DNA from: Alteromonas sp. | Lineage (GTDB): Bacteria; Margulisbacteria; Marinamargulisbacteria; UBA6595 | Assembly (NCBI GenBank): GCA_964220215.1 | Contig: CAXPTH010000007.1 | Coordinates: forward strand, 16,903-80,902 | Direction of reading: 5' to 3' | Length of the DNA stretch: 64,000 bases | Part shown: positions 32,854-43,045 of the stretch, in pieces | Layout of the letters: each line of letters begins with the position of its first letter | Position numbering within the stretch: the stretch's first letter is position 1 | Made by a program: the position numbers and the translations under genes | Notes under the pieces: generated by a model | The model's database searches: none | Seen by the model: only the letters and a program-made list of their open reading frames with translations | What the model was told of the DNA's origin: nothing

Positions 32854-33659
32854 CCCCTGCACCGCTGGCTACACCCCGGATTCTGGGGATTGTTAACGTC
32901 ACTCCGGATTCGTTTTCAGATGGGGGTCACTATCTGTCTGTGGAGGCAGCCTTGCGGCATATTGAACGCTTAATCCGAGAGGGCGCGGACATGATTGACC
33001 TGGGGGCTGAATCCACACGCCCGGGGGCTGAACCGGTATCCGAAGCGGATGAAGCGGCACGGTTATTGCCAATATTAACCGCCTACCGCCGGCATTTTGA
33101 TACCCCCTTTTCAATTGATACCACCAAAAGCGCCATTGCGGATCTGGCGTTGCGCCATGGGGCTGCGTATGTGAACGATGTGAGTGCCTTTCGCAGGGAT
33201 CCAGCCATGCCCTCCGTCATTGGGCGCCATGGGGCCGGGGCGATCATCATGCACAGCATTGGCACGCCCAAAACCATGCAAACCAATCCCCAGTATACGG
33301 ACTTAATGGGGGACATTATCCAAGTCCTCACCCAAGCGAGTGACCAAGCCACGCAAGCGGGGGCCACGTCTATTCTCGTGGATCCGGGGTTGGGCTTTGG
33401 CAAAACGCTGGCCCACAACACCCACATTATGCGCCATTTAAGCGACCTAGCGGTGTTGGGGCACCCCATTTTAGTGGGGCCCTCACGCAAGGCCATGATC
33501 CGACATTGGGTGGGAGATGCGGGGCTGGTGACGGGCACTGTGGGGGCGGTCATTGCCGCCTATACCCAAGGAGCGACGTGGTTTCGCGTCCACGATGTGC
33601 AGGCCGTTCAATCCGCTTTAGCGGTGGCTCATGGCTGCTTGAGCGACGTCCCCGCATGA
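32850..33659 (+). CDS. folP: Dihydropteroate synthase
   Basis: NVTPDSFSDGG, ESTRPG, DPGLGFGK, SRK, RVHDV. Confidence 0.96.
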   Translation: MTPAPLATPRILGIVNVTPDSFSDGGHYLSVEAALRHIERLIREGADMIDLGAESTRPGAEPVSEADEAARLLPILTAYRRHFDTPFSIDTTKSAIADLALRHGAAYVNDVSAFRRDPAMPSVIGRHGAGAIIMHSIGTPKTMQTNPQYTDLMGDIIQVLTQASDQATQAGATSILVDPGLGFGKTLAHNTHIMRHLSDLAVLGHPILVGPSRKAMIRHWVGDAGLVTGTVGAVIAAYTQGATWFRVHDVQAVQSALAVAHGCLSDVPA

Positions 33660-34114
33660 TAACCGCCGGGATTGCTTTAGGCAGCAACGTGGGGAATGGT
33701 GAGGCCCATATCCAGACGGCCATTGCGGCACTGGATCAAGCCGTTGATATCACCGCCAAGGCCCCGCTGTTTGAGACAGAGCCGGTGGGCATGGCCGCAC
33801 ACACGCCGGTCTTTATGAACACCGCCGTTGCCATTGAAACCGAAATCCCCCCGCTGGAACTGCTGCGCCATATCCAGGCCATTGAAGTGGCTATGGGGCA
33901 AGCCGTCTGTAAACACAACGCCAACCGCATCATTGACCTGGATATAATTTTCTATGGAGACTGGGTAATCCACGATCCGAGTTTAACAATCCCCCATCCG
34001 CGGTTCCGGACGCGCCGCTTTGTGTTGGCGCCCTTGGTCCACATTGCACCGGACTGGGTGGACCCGGTGTCTGGGCAATCGATTCAAGCGCTATTCGAGG
34101 CACTCGCCGCGTGA
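33656..34114 (+). CDS. folK: 6-hydroxymethyl-7,8-dihydropterin pyrophosphokinase
   Basis: IALGSN, RIIDLDII, IPHPR, RRFVL; ATGA overlap with folP. Confidence 0.93.
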   Translation: MITAGIALGSNVGNGEAHIQTAIAALDQAVDITAKAPLFETEPVGMAAHTPVFMNTAVAIETEIPPLELLRHIQAIEVAMGQAVCKHNANRIIDLDIIFYGDWVIHDPSLTIPHPRFRTRRFVLAPLVHIAPDWVDPVSGQSIQALFEALAA

Positions 34115-34563
34115 CCCGTGTGATCACCCCGTCTGATTTGCCTCAATTGGCCATTGATTGGATCCCGGCTGTGCGCCGCCATCGGTTGGTGTTGTTTTCT
34201 GGGCCGATGGGTGCGGGAAAAACAACGATAATTGCGGCCCTAGCAAAGGCCTTGGGGTGCACGGATTGGGTGCGATCCCCATCATACACCTGGGTCAATC
34301 AGTATGCCATCCACAGCGAGCATCATACCGGGCCGTTGTACCACTTGGATTTGTATCGGTTGGACACCGTATCGGCGGTGGAATCGGTTGTACACCATGT
34401 GGATCTAGCGCGCTATATTGAGGATTTGGATGCCCTGTGTTTCATTGAATGGGGGGAGCAGTTGCCCGACGCCTTGCTGACACGCCCGCCCTTGCGCATC
34501 CACCTTGACTATGGACAGGCCCTGGATGAACGGGTAGTATGGACACACGATGGTATTGGTTGA
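34111..34563 (+). CDS. tsaE: tRNA threonylcarbamoyladenosine biosynthesis ATPase
   Basis: GPMGAGKTT, SPSY, HLDLYRL, IEWG. Confidence 0.93.
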   Translation: MTRVITPSDLPQLAIDWIPAVRRHRLVLFSGPMGAGKTTIIAALAKALGCTDWVRSPSYTWVNQYAIHSEHHTGPLYHLDLYRLDTVSAVESVVHHVDLARYIEDLDALCFIEWGEQLPDALLTRPPLRIHLDYGQALDERVVWTHDGIG

Positions 34564-35104
34564 CACCCCACTGTGTAATTTTGATTGGCAAGCGCCGGAT
34601 TTTACCTTAGCGGATCCGACGGGTCGTCGGGTAGCCTTGGCGGATCAGTGGACCGCTTCAGCGGTCTTGGTGGCCTTTATTTGCAACCATTGTCCGTATG
34701 TTCAACGCATTGCGGACCGATTGGCCGCAGATACCGCTATCTTGCGCTCAGAAGGCATTGCGGTGTTGGGGGTGATGAGCAATGATTATGTGGCGTATCC
34801 GGATGATGCGCCGGACGCCATGCTCCAGTTTGCCCAGCAGCATGGGTTCGAGTTTCCCTATTTGGTAGACGCTGACCAAGCGGTGGGGCGCGCGTATGGA
34901 GCGGTATGCACCCCGGATTTCTTTGGGTTTAATGCCAATGGCGGGCTGCAGTATCGGGGCCGATTGGATGATGCGCGGGCCGCAGAAAACCCGGCGCAGC
35001 GAGTCCCGGAATTGTTGAATGCAATGCGCCAGATTGCGGCAACGGGCCGTGGCCCCGAGACGCAACACCCCAGCATGGGGTGCTCGATTAAGTGGCGGGA
35101 ATAA
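34550..35104 (+). CDS. Thioredoxin-fold (AhpC/TSA-like) protein
   Basis: FICNHCPYV, AVCTPDFF, SMGCSIKW. Confidence 0.9.
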   Translation: MVLVDTPLCNFDWQAPDFTLADPTGRRVALADQWTASAVLVAFICNHCPYVQRIADRLAADTAILRSEGIAVLGVMSNDYVAYPDDAPDAMLQFAQQHGFEFPYLVDADQAVGRAYGAVCTPDFFGFNANGGLQYRGRLDDARAAENPAQRVPELLNAMRQIAATGRGPETQHPSMGCSIKWRE

Positions 35105-35115
35105 GTGTATTGCTT

Positions 35116-35784
35116 TTAATTTTCGGGAACAATCTGCAAGACTTGACCGGGGTAAATGGTCATATCACCGTCGATAGTCCCACGGTTGTTTTCATATAAG
35201 AAATTCCATTTTTTAGGATCGTTATAAACGGTTGGTTGAGCAGCAATTGAATTCAAGGTATCTCCGGGCTGAACCACATAGGTTTTTGGTGCTACGGGCT
35301 CGGCTGCTTTAAGCGCTTGGTTTTGACTGGCGATTTCGAATTCTAGGGCGGCTATTTTTATTTCTAATCGTCTATTTTTACCTTCTGAAGCCGTGTATTG
35401 GGCACGTTGCTGATCCAACTGTTTTTGAAGACGGTTGGCTTGAGCCGCTAATGCATCTCGATCAGCCGTTTTCAAACCGGCTTGTTTCTGGGCCTGCACG
35501 GTGTCTTCTTTAGCAATCGGATAGTACGCATAGAATCGGTCTAGCTCTTTTTTTGCTTTTTTGTAATCTTGCTTGTCTAAGTAAGCAACCCCTGTGTTGT
35601 AATTTTCTTGGAGTACCTGATAGTGATTGGGCACCCAGGTTCCCATGCTCATGGCAGCGGCTTCTGCCATTATTGCATCGGCGTTGGCTTTTTCTTTTTT
35701 AATTTGCACCTGCAATTCTTGATCGCTACAACCCGTTAGAATCGCCATTGCAACAACCAGTATTCCGATAACCTTTACTTTCAT
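35116..35784 (-). CDS. LysM-domain coiled-coil lipoprotein
   Basis: Lipobox LTGC; C-terminal YVVQPGDTLNSIA...IYPGQVL. Confidence 0.85.
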   Translation of the reverse strand: MKVKVIGILVVAMAILTGCSDQELQVQIKKEKANADAIMAEAAAMSMGTWVPNHYQVLQENYNTGVAYLDKQDYKKAKKELDRFYAYYPIAKEDTVQAQKQAGLKTADRDALAAQANRLQKQLDQQRAQYTASEGKNRRLEIKIAALEFEIASQNQALKAAEPVAPKTYVVQPGDTLNSIAAQPTVYNDPKKWNFLYENNRGTIDGDMTIYPGQVLQIVPEN

Positions 35785-35843
35785 TATATGTGTCCTTGCA
35801 TTAACGCTTATAAACCAAATAAGTTAAAACTGAAAAAAATGCT

Positions 35844-35919
35844 TGGCTCCCCCGGTCGGATTCGAACCAACGACCCAGCGGTTAACAGCCGCTTGCTCTG
35901 CCAACTGAGCTACAGGGGA
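35844..35919 (-). tRNA. tRNA-Asn(GTT)
   Basis: Cloverleaf; AGCGG-CTGTTAA-CCGCT; CCA end. Confidence 0.95.
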
Positions 35920-36001
35920 ACAATCTCAGGCTTATTTAGTGTATCGATTGTATGAGTTTCTTGTCAAGCATCCCGAGTGTTGGGTATGATAAGTAGATTG
36001 C

Positions 36002-36091
36002 GGAAAGGTGTCCGAGTGGTTGAAGGAGCACGCCTGGAACGCGTGTATACAGGAAACTGTATCGTGGGTTCGAATCCCACCCTTTCCGCCA
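36002..36091 (+). tRNA. tRNA-Ser(GGA)
   Basis: CACGC-CTGGAAC-GCGTG arm, long variable arm, CCA end. Confidence 0.95.
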
Positions 36092-36301
36092 GATATGCGT
36101 TTATTACGCACAGCCCTCTCACAAAATAACACAGTTTCTGGTATGTTATTATTTCAGAACTATCGGCGGATCAAAAAATTTGAAGGATATCTTTGAATGA
36201 AACTTTATCCTAAATTTGTTTCTAGATGGTTACTATATTATTCAACTCGTCAGTGTCTCCAAAAATCTAAACTTAGCCAAGCAATTGGTGATGATTACAA
36301 A

Positions 36302-36361
36302 CTTAAAAACAAAAAAAAACGGTTTTATTGGCTAAGGGACGCTGGCTTTATGGGTGATGAT
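36302..36361 (+). repeat. ~60-bp direct repeat, copy 1 (copy 2 at 37983-38041)
   Basis: CTTAAAAACAAAAAAAA(A)CGGTTTTATT..CTAAGGGACGCTGGCTTTATGGGTGATGAT in both positions. Confidence 0.9.
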
Positions 36362-36382
36362 AACGTGCCAATACATTTGTTA

Positions 36383-37825
36383 TTAATCCTCCGCTCTCAA
36401 AAAGTCAACGATATCGATAATTCTATAAAAATAATCACGGGTAGCAAGATTGCTCGATACGCCGCCAATGTGAAATAAAACTGGAATGACAGCAAACCCT
36501 CTTGGCACTTTTAATGCTGTTACTTTATCTTGAATCTCAGATATAATCTCTACGCCTAATTCTCGGCGTTTAAATTTGAACTCACAGACAAATAAGTTTT
36601 TTGTCGTCGTTTGAATTAAGAAATCAATTTGGCAACCGGATTTGGTCGTCGACTTAGACTGCCTAAATGGACCACTCGCAATAATATCCGCCGGATTGAT
36701 GCCTATGCTTTCCAGTAGTGCCTGTCTATTTTGCAAAAGCAACTGTTCTAGCTGCAAGCCACTGTGCGCTTCAAACCCAGGCAAGCTTGATATAGCCGTA
36801 TTCTGAAATCCATTTAAATCGATTTTATTTCGCTGAGGCTCTATAAGCTTTAAATAGAAGCGCATATAAGGATCCGAGATGCGATACAGGCTCTGTTTGA
36901 GTGGTTTATTGGTTTTAAACGACCAAAGGGTTTGTTTGGATACAAAGCCAGCAATAATTAGATGTTCCATAACACTGCTTAAAGTACCGCTATGCGGGAA
37001 TCCTGTAATTTTGCGCACATCAGCGAGTGTTTTCATGCCATCTTTTAGGCTATCAAGAATTTTTTTATAAGAAGCACCTTTGCCATTAAATAAATCGTGG
37101 AAAATGCGGTCAAATTCTAAAACCAACACGCTATCTTTTTCAAAGCACAACTGTTTTATTAAATCATCTGCTGTTTGGCCAGGGACAACTTGTTCTAAAT
37201 ACCAGGGAATACCGCCTAAAATACTGAGTAATTTGTATGTATCATAATCAGAGCCTTGAAATCCTGATATACGGAGTAGTTTATTTGCCTCTGCAATCGG
37301 CAGTGGCTCTAAAGTAATCGTTCGATTAATCCGTCCAAAAAATGCCGTGCTTTTTAGGATATTTTCTTCTATCCATGTCGATACCGACCCACAGAAAACA
37401 ACCATGATCGGGAGTTGCTGTTTATCCCACCAAGCTTTGAGCTTGGGAATAAAACTGGGGTCTTTAGCGCCCATCCATGAGATTTCATCAAATAAGATGA
37501 TGTCGCCAGATTTAATATGGTTGCTTAAATGTTCAAAGGCATCCGTCCAATCTTGGAATGTAAACGGTGGTAGCTTGAGGTGGGTTGCAAGCTGGCGTGC
37601 AAAATGATCGCGCTGGCTTTGGTCATTCATGCCTTCTTGTGGTGCAAGCCCCGCAAAATCCCAAAGTTTATTTTCTGAACAGGAAGCGGCAAAGAAATTG
37701 ATTAACCGACTTTTGCCGACTCTTCGCCTGCCTTTAACAACAACTAAGTTAGGTGTTTTTTTCTTATGAAGCGCCTTTAAGCGATCCAACTCATTTTTTC
37801 GACCAATAAATGTTTGTGTTTCCAT
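36383..37825 (-). CDS. AAA ATPase with wHTH and C-terminal PD-(D/E)xK-like domain (archaeal-ATPase/DUF234 type)
   Basis: FIGRKNEL, GRRRVGKS, ILFDEISW, GGIPWYL, QIDFLI...VCEFK. Confidence 0.85.
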   Translation of the reverse strand: METQTFIGRKNELDRLKALHKKKTPNLVVVKGRRRVGKSRLINFFAASCSENKLWDFAGLAPQEGMNDQSQRDHFARQLATHLKLPPFTFQDWTDAFEHLSNHIKSGDIILFDEISWMGAKDPSFIPKLKAWWDKQQLPIMVVFCGSVSTWIEENILKSTAFFGRINRTITLEPLPIAEANKLLRISGFQGSDYDTYKLLSILGGIPWYLEQVVPGQTADDLIKQLCFEKDSVLVLEFDRIFHDLFNGKGASYKKILDSLKDGMKTLADVRKITGFPHSGTLSSVMEHLIIAGFVSKQTLWSFKTNKPLKQSLYRISDPYMRFYLKLIEPQRNKIDLNGFQNTAISSLPGFEAHSGLQLEQLLLQNRQALLESIGINPADIIASGPFRQSKSTTKSGCQIDFLIQTTTKNLFVCEFKFKRRELGVEIISEIQDKVTALKVPRGFAVIPVLFHIGGVSSNLATRDYFYRIIDIVDFLRAED

Positions 37826-37982
37826 CGTAACCTCTTATGCTTTTTTTACTAGTTATACTATAATGAGACTGGTTTTAAGTCAAGAAAAATTGCTCAAAAC
37901 GCATTTTAAATTAAAATGAGACGGCGTGACTGCGCTCGCCATTTTTCACGACGGCCCCACTATTCTCGCAAGCCATATCTAT

Positions 37983-38041
37983 CTTAAAAACAAAAAAAAC
38001 GGTTTTATTAACTAAGGGACGCTGGCTTTATGGGTGATGAT
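37983..38041 (+). repeat. ~60-bp direct repeat, copy 2 (overlaps the Fic gene stop)
   Basis: Near-identical to 36302-36361. Confidence 0.9.
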
Positions 38042-39086
38042 CGGGTTTGCTATACCAAGTTCCACGCGCTTTGCCATGACGGATCAGCAACCCTTGTTTT
38101 ACTAATTGAGACAGTCTGTTTTTAATCGTAGGTCTGGATACGCTATCAATTATAGTTTCAGCATCCTTGATGGTAATACGCTGATATTCGTCTACATACT
38201 GCATAATAAGGACGCTTTCATAAGGCAATGATGCATACGCATTGGAAGTGCTCGTTTTTGCAAGTAGGTGGTCTTTCTGCCGTTTCAATGCGTTCAGAAA
38301 AAAACGTAGCCACGGCAACCAGTCTGCTTGTTTATTTTTAAGCGTTCTTTGGGTTCTTTGCAGCGATAGGTAATAGGCATCTTTATTTTTCTCAATAATA
38401 CTTTCTAGAGAGCTATAGGGTATGTAACTATAGCCAGATTTAAGTAATAGTAAGCTAATAAGTACACGAGATAAACGACCGTTTCCATCTTGAAATGGAT
38501 GAATAGCTAAGAAAACAACATTAAAAATAGCAATGACGATTAACGGATGGTAGCTTTTATCTTCTAACGTTTCTCTTGTCCATGTGAGCAGGTCTTGAAT
38601 TTCTCTTAGCGTGTCAACTGGTGTGCTGGTTTCAAATACCACACCAAGACTCTTGCCTTCAGGGTCAAAGGCTTCAACATTGTTTGCATATTTTTTGTAT
38701 TTCCCTCTGTGCCAACTATCTTTTTCTGAGTGCCTCAATAGCATGGCATGGAATTGTTTCATGTAGTTATCCGTAAGCGATATATCTTTGTGGTTTTCAA
38801 ATATCACTTCCATAGCTTCTGCATATCCAGCTACTTCCTGTTCATCACGAGTTAGAAACGAGGCATTCCCTACGTTGCCAAGCAATGCTTCAACTTGGGC
38901 ATTATCGAGTTGGGCACCTTCAATACGAGTCGATGAACCAATGCTTTCAATAGTAGCGACATGCTTGAGTGCGTTTAATCGTTCTGGATTTTGATTGCTA
39001 CTTGCTTGCCAATTACCCTTGAACTCATCAATTTCAGTAATGAGACGGAGAAGTTCGGGCGTTATAACGAGTGATATAAGGTTCAT
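38028..39086 (-). CDS. Fic family protein with C-terminal wHTH
   Basis: HPFQDGNGRLSR canonical Fic motif; SSTRIEG inhibitory-helix-like motif. Confidence 0.92.
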   Translation of the reverse strand: MNLISLVITPELLRLITEIDEFKGNWQASSNQNPERLNALKHVATIESIGSSTRIEGAQLDNAQVEALLGNVGNASFLTRDEQEVAGYAEAMEVIFENHKDISLTDNYMKQFHAMLLRHSEKDSWHRGKYKKYANNVEAFDPEGKSLGVVFETSTPVDTLREIQDLLTWTRETLEDKSYHPLIVIAIFNVVFLAIHPFQDGNGRLSRVLISLLLLKSGYSYIPYSSLESIIEKNKDAYYLSLQRTQRTLKNKQADWLPWLRFFLNALKRQKDHLLAKTSTSNAYASLPYESVLIMQYVDEYQRITIKDAETIIDSVSRPTIKNRLSQLVKQGLLIRHGKARGTWYSKPDHHP

Positions 39087-39166
39087 AGTATTTAATTTGT
39101 TGACTACCTTATCCAATTATATCCAATAATAGCCAATATGCAAATGATTTATCCCTTTGACGACGC

Positions 39167-40498
39167 TCAGGGGGCGAAACCAAAAACGCGGCTTGTCATT
39201 GCAGGTATTTCAGGAAACTTGACCTGTTTACCACGCCCATCGAAAATTGCTTGTCTACAGGCCTGTTTAAACAATTCATCTTCATTTTCATCTAAATATT
39301 TAACAACCGCAAACAAATCAACCGTTTTTACTAATGCAATCTTGTTTATAGTGGCTACCTTTTTACATTGTTGTGTAAAGTCCACCGTTCTTTTTTTAGG
39401 GTCGTTTAGTCGTTCTGGATTACCAAATAAAATACCAAAAGGCATTTCGTCCACAATTTTATTTTCATAGGCTTGTATTAAATTGTCCGACAATTGTCTG
39501 ATTTTGCTTATCTCTATTGCTTTTTTATCCTTGCCTTCACATTCACCGATAAACCTATAGTTTTCTGGACAGCTACCAAGTACATCGAATTCACATTCAC
39601 CATCACGATGGTTTTTTGCATCATATCCTAAACGATTCAGGGCGTTAATCACAGCGTTTTCTAATGGTGTTCCTTGTTCAAAAAGCAAATCCTTTAAACC
39701 ATTTGCTTTAGCTAATTTCTTATTTAATTCATTATTTTTTAAGTTTAGCTCTTCTATTTTATGATTGTTTTTTTGTATCTCTTCTTCAATTTCAATCGCC
39801 TTTGTTAAGGAAAATTCTTCTTGATCGCTCCATTCTGGGGTCGGTGTTTTTTCCGTTTTTTCAGATAACTGCTTATCAATAGATAAAAGACAACCCTTAA
39901 GCCTATCTCCAAACTTTTGTGCGTCATCTGTCCAGCCGGAGAACTGTTTATAGTAGTTATGGTTTAGGTAAGGCAGTGTAACTATATTTCCTTTTTCTAC
40001 TTTATAGACTGCACCCAGTATCTTAGATTGATCTGTGCCCGTAAAGATCACCTCGGAAGGATTGGAACCGTCTGTCTTTTCTACATATAACTGATAGTTC
40101 AAATGGCTTTTTTTGAATGCCTTATAAAATTCAGTAAAAATAGAGTTTCCAGAAAAATTTATACGCTCTCCTTTGGCCGATGTTAAAGCACCCATATTAA
40201 TTGGTAAAAAACTATAATTATCGAATTCCCCATAAGAGACTTTTTCTGACAAAAAAACAAAGATGTTTTTTCCATATTTTAAGAAGTCTTCAATTTCTTT
40301 TTCAAACAGTGATACTGCCTCATAATCAGAATCGGATCGTAGTGAATATAATTGTTTTGGTGCGATTAAAAGAAAATCAGCATCCATTAACGACTTTCCA
40401 TCTCTGATGCAAATTAAATCCTTTGAATGACCTGGGACTTCATACCCGATTGTGAACATTCGTTTTTTATTTTCTTGGTTTACGTCTTTGTTATTCAT
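39167..40498 (-). CDS. Hypothetical protein with coiled coil and C-terminal restriction-endonuclease-like domain
   Basis: LENAV...EFDV...IGECEGKD...Q resembles a PD-(D/E)xK-type active site; start uncertain. Confidence 0.6.
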   Translation of the reverse strand: MNNKDVNQENKKRMFTIGYEVPGHSKDLICIRDGKSLMDADFLLIAPKQLYSLRSDSDYEAVSLFEKEIEDFLKYGKNIFVFLSEKVSYGEFDNYSFLPINMGALTSAKGERINFSGNSIFTEFYKAFKKSHLNYQLYVEKTDGSNPSEVIFTGTDQSKILGAVYKVEKGNIVTLPYLNHNYYKQFSGWTDDAQKFGDRLKGCLLSIDKQLSEKTEKTPTPEWSDQEEFSLTKAIEIEEEIQKNNHKIEELNLKNNELNKKLAKANGLKDLLFEQGTPLENAVINALNRLGYDAKNHRDGECEFDVLGSCPENYRFIGECEGKDKKAIEISKIRQLSDNLIQAYENKIVDEMPFGILFGNPERLNDPKKRTVDFTQQCKKVATINKIALVKTVDLFAVVKYLDENEDELFKQACRQAIFDGRGKQVKFPEIPAMTSRVFGFAP

Positions 40499-40611
40499 TT
40501 GAAATTTATTGGTATTATAGATTAGCACACTGCTCAGCGTTTTTTCTATGTTTGCAAAAATATAACCCAGAGCTGTTACATTTTCTTAAACGGATACCGC
40601 CGCTATCGGGT

Positions 40612-41748
40612 TTATCGGTTTTTTTGGATAAGCGCAAACAGGCTGGTATCTGGGTCCTGCGGGTCAAACGCGGCCAGGTCTTGGGTCGTGATTGTCAACT
40701 CAGGAAATACGTTTTGTACCATGCTCACCGAAACCGTCTCCCCCAACCGAATCTTGTCTAAGAACACATGCCGGCGAAATCGAAACGGCAACCACTGACT
40801 TTTTAACCGATTTAGCACATTTGGCAACACAGCCGAGCCATACCGAGCCACCGCCAAATACTGCGTCACCGCCGTCAATCGCTCCGCCGATACACTGGCA
40901 TCCAACCACGCATGCACACCCGGTTGCCGACGGGCTGAGTTGGCCCCCACATCCGACACCAGCACAATGTCCCATGGCGCATGCCCCACCACAATCTGCC
41001 GGTGAATCTGCGCAATCGCCCCCAGCAACGCATCCGTCACAGCCGGCACCCGAAGAATTAAAGCAGATGGCTCCGATACCGATGCCGTATACGCCGCCAC
41101 GTCCGCCGCACTGGGATTGACCAACGTGTGGGGCTTCATCAACCGAGCCGGTGGCAAAAAAATGCCCGTATCATCCTCAAACAGCGCCACAAGACTGCGC
41201 ACCACCGCCATCGGTGCAGGCGCCCCGGTTGCACCACTCAACGACGGGGGAGGGCCGTCACTCCGCCACGGCTTGGAAACCGGATAATACGGCATGGACT
41301 GAAACCACTGCCGATACTGCATCAACAAACTTGCACTGCGTTCCAATGCCGAAGCCGTTACCGTGGCCGGCAACGCATGAAACAACCGGTGCTGATTCAA
41401 CGCATACGTGTCTATGGCGGCACGAATCGACTCGCCCATGGTCGCCGTATCCGACACAGCCAGCGTCCGCACCGACGCATGCAAGTGGCCATCCACAACC
41501 ACAAGCGGGGGCATATAGGGCCACACCAAGCTGGGCAGCTGGTTCAACACCGTTTGCATGATGGGCTCCGCCCGACTGGCATCCACAATCACCGCCCGGG
41601 TTCGGCACCCAAATTGCCGAAAATGCTCGATCACATGGGCCGCCTGGCTCATGCTAATCACCCGATACGACCCACCCAACAACGCCTCAAGCGCCGACTG
41701 CACCGGCCGTCGTAGGGATATTAAAACAATCGAGTATGTGGCATCCAT
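40612..41748 (-). CDS. Hypothetical protein, possibly degenerate receiver-like domains
   Basis: 378-aa ORF with host-like composition; N-terminal beta/alpha pattern without clear acidic pocket. Confidence 0.5.
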   Translation of the reverse strand: MDATYSIVLISLRRPVQSALEALLGGSYRVISMSQAAHVIEHFRQFGCRTRAVIVDASRAEPIMQTVLNQLPSLVWPYMPPLVVVDGHLHASVRTLAVSDTATMGESIRAAIDTYALNQHRLFHALPATVTASALERSASLLMQYRQWFQSMPYYPVSKPWRSDGPPPSLSGATGAPAPMAVVRSLVALFEDDTGIFLPPARLMKPHTLVNPSAADVAAYTASVSEPSALILRVPAVTDALLGAIAQIHRQIVVGHAPWDIVLVSDVGANSARRQPGVHAWLDASVSAERLTAVTQYLAVARYGSAVLPNVLNRLKSQWLPFRFRRHVFLDKIRLGETVSVSMVQNVFPELTITTQDLAAFDPQDPDTSLFALIQKNR

Positions 41749-41856
41749 CGGAACTACTCATAGTATACCCGATGGAGAATTTCATCACCAACCGAAGAGA
41801 ACCCCCATGGGTTTGCTTGCAAAAATATCGTCTTACCGAGATAATTATACTAGACT

Positions 41857-41933
<77 letters not shown>

Positions 41934-41959
41934 TACTTTTTTAGTAATATGTTTAGCCA

Positions 41960-43045
41960 TCACGCAACCTCCTTATATTCCACACGAACATCACCAGAGA
42001 TGAGTTTCGGCAAGAGTGTATCGCGTAGTTTTTCTAATGTTTGAATTTGTTTTGTGTTTGCATCTAATTTACAAAATATTTCCTCAAACATATGCAAAAC
42101 TTCTTTTTGTTTTTCTATAGGTGGTATTAAAAACTCAGAATCTTTTATAGATTGTGTTGTTAAATTAACTTGGACACCACTATTCGCCTGACTTTGAAGT
42201 TCTTTTATATCATCAAGCTGTTTTTCCTCCCAATCATCTTGTGCATTTTCGATGAAGTGGTGGCGGAAGAGGGTTTCGGCGAGGCTTTCCAGTGTTTTAT
42301 TCTGACGGTGGAGCAGGTCTATCTTATCATCCAAACTACTCAAAACCTCCCCAATAGCCTTTTGTTCTGGGAGCGGTGGAAGGGATATTTCTATTTCATT
42401 TATTATAGGAACGGTCAAGCTTGGAACTGCAGATCCAACATTCAGAGTTGTATAATTTATAGGAACTAACTGATAAAATAAAAATTTAGGATTTGCTTTC
42501 TCTTTATTAATCGTTGTCCAGAACATTGTATCGACAGTCCAGAATGGCTTGTCTTGGTACATGACGTTATTAAGCGATCCTTTTCTTGGTATTAGTATAG
42601 ATTCATCATCATATAAAAAACTATCAACAAATCTCATAAAGCCACCACTTCCAAAGCAAGGATACTGACCATTTTTTAAGTTTTTATGCTCTTTTCCATA
42701 TTTAACTTCTGCCACATCCCCCAATGTACATGTCCGCCACCCCTTCCGATAAAGAATTTTTCCTTTTGTTTTTATATGTTTTTTTAATTCATCATTATCA
42801 ATGCTATTATATGAAATAATATCAAAGAAAAAGGGGAGATAGGTTTCATCTTCAAAATGCCCTTTTATCTTTGCGGCAAGCATAAAATCCGCTTGCTCTC
42901 CCTTGATAACAATATCAATATCCGATGCTTCTTTATAGGTATCAATTGCTCGAGAACCAAAAAGCACGGCCTCTTCAACCTCTTCATAAGAAGCGAGAAC
43001 ATCCTTTATTTCTTGCAATTGTTTTTCTGATAACCCGTATTTCAT
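41960..43045 (-). CDS. hsdS: Fusion of minimal nucleotidyltransferase (MNT) and type I R-M specificity subunit; second TRD largely deleted
   Basis: N-terminal FGSRAIDTYKEASDID (GSX10DXD); then GWRTCTLGDV, LPPLPEQKAI...LDDKIDL, LRDTLLPKLISG. Confidence 0.88.
   Translation of the reverse strand: MKYGLSEKQLQEIKDVLASYEEVEEAVLFGSRAIDTYKEASDIDIVIKGEQADFMLAAKIKGHFEDETYLPFFFDIISYNSIDNDELKKHIKTKGKILYRKGWRTCTLGDVAEVKYGKEHKNLKNGQYPCFGSGGFMRFVDSFLYDDESILIPRKGSLNNVMYQDKPFWTVDTMFWTTINKEKANPKFLFYQLVPINYTTLNVGSAVPSLTVPIINEIEISLPPLPEQKAIGEVLSSLDDKIDLLHRQNKTLESLAETLFRHHFIENAQDDWEEKQLDDIKELQSQANSGVQVNLTTQSIKDSEFLIPPIEKQKEVLHMFEEIFCKLDANTKQIQTLEKLRDTLLPKLISGDVRVEYKEVA

Noticed and set aside
36197..36478. 93-aa plus-strand ORF after tRNA-Ser
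   Set aside because: Runs through the repeat and antisense into the ATPase; no recognisable protein features.
36302..38041. Direct repeats as integron attC sites or prophage att sites
   Set aside because: No RYYYAAC/GTTRRRY inverted cores, no match to the tRNA 3' end, no integrase.
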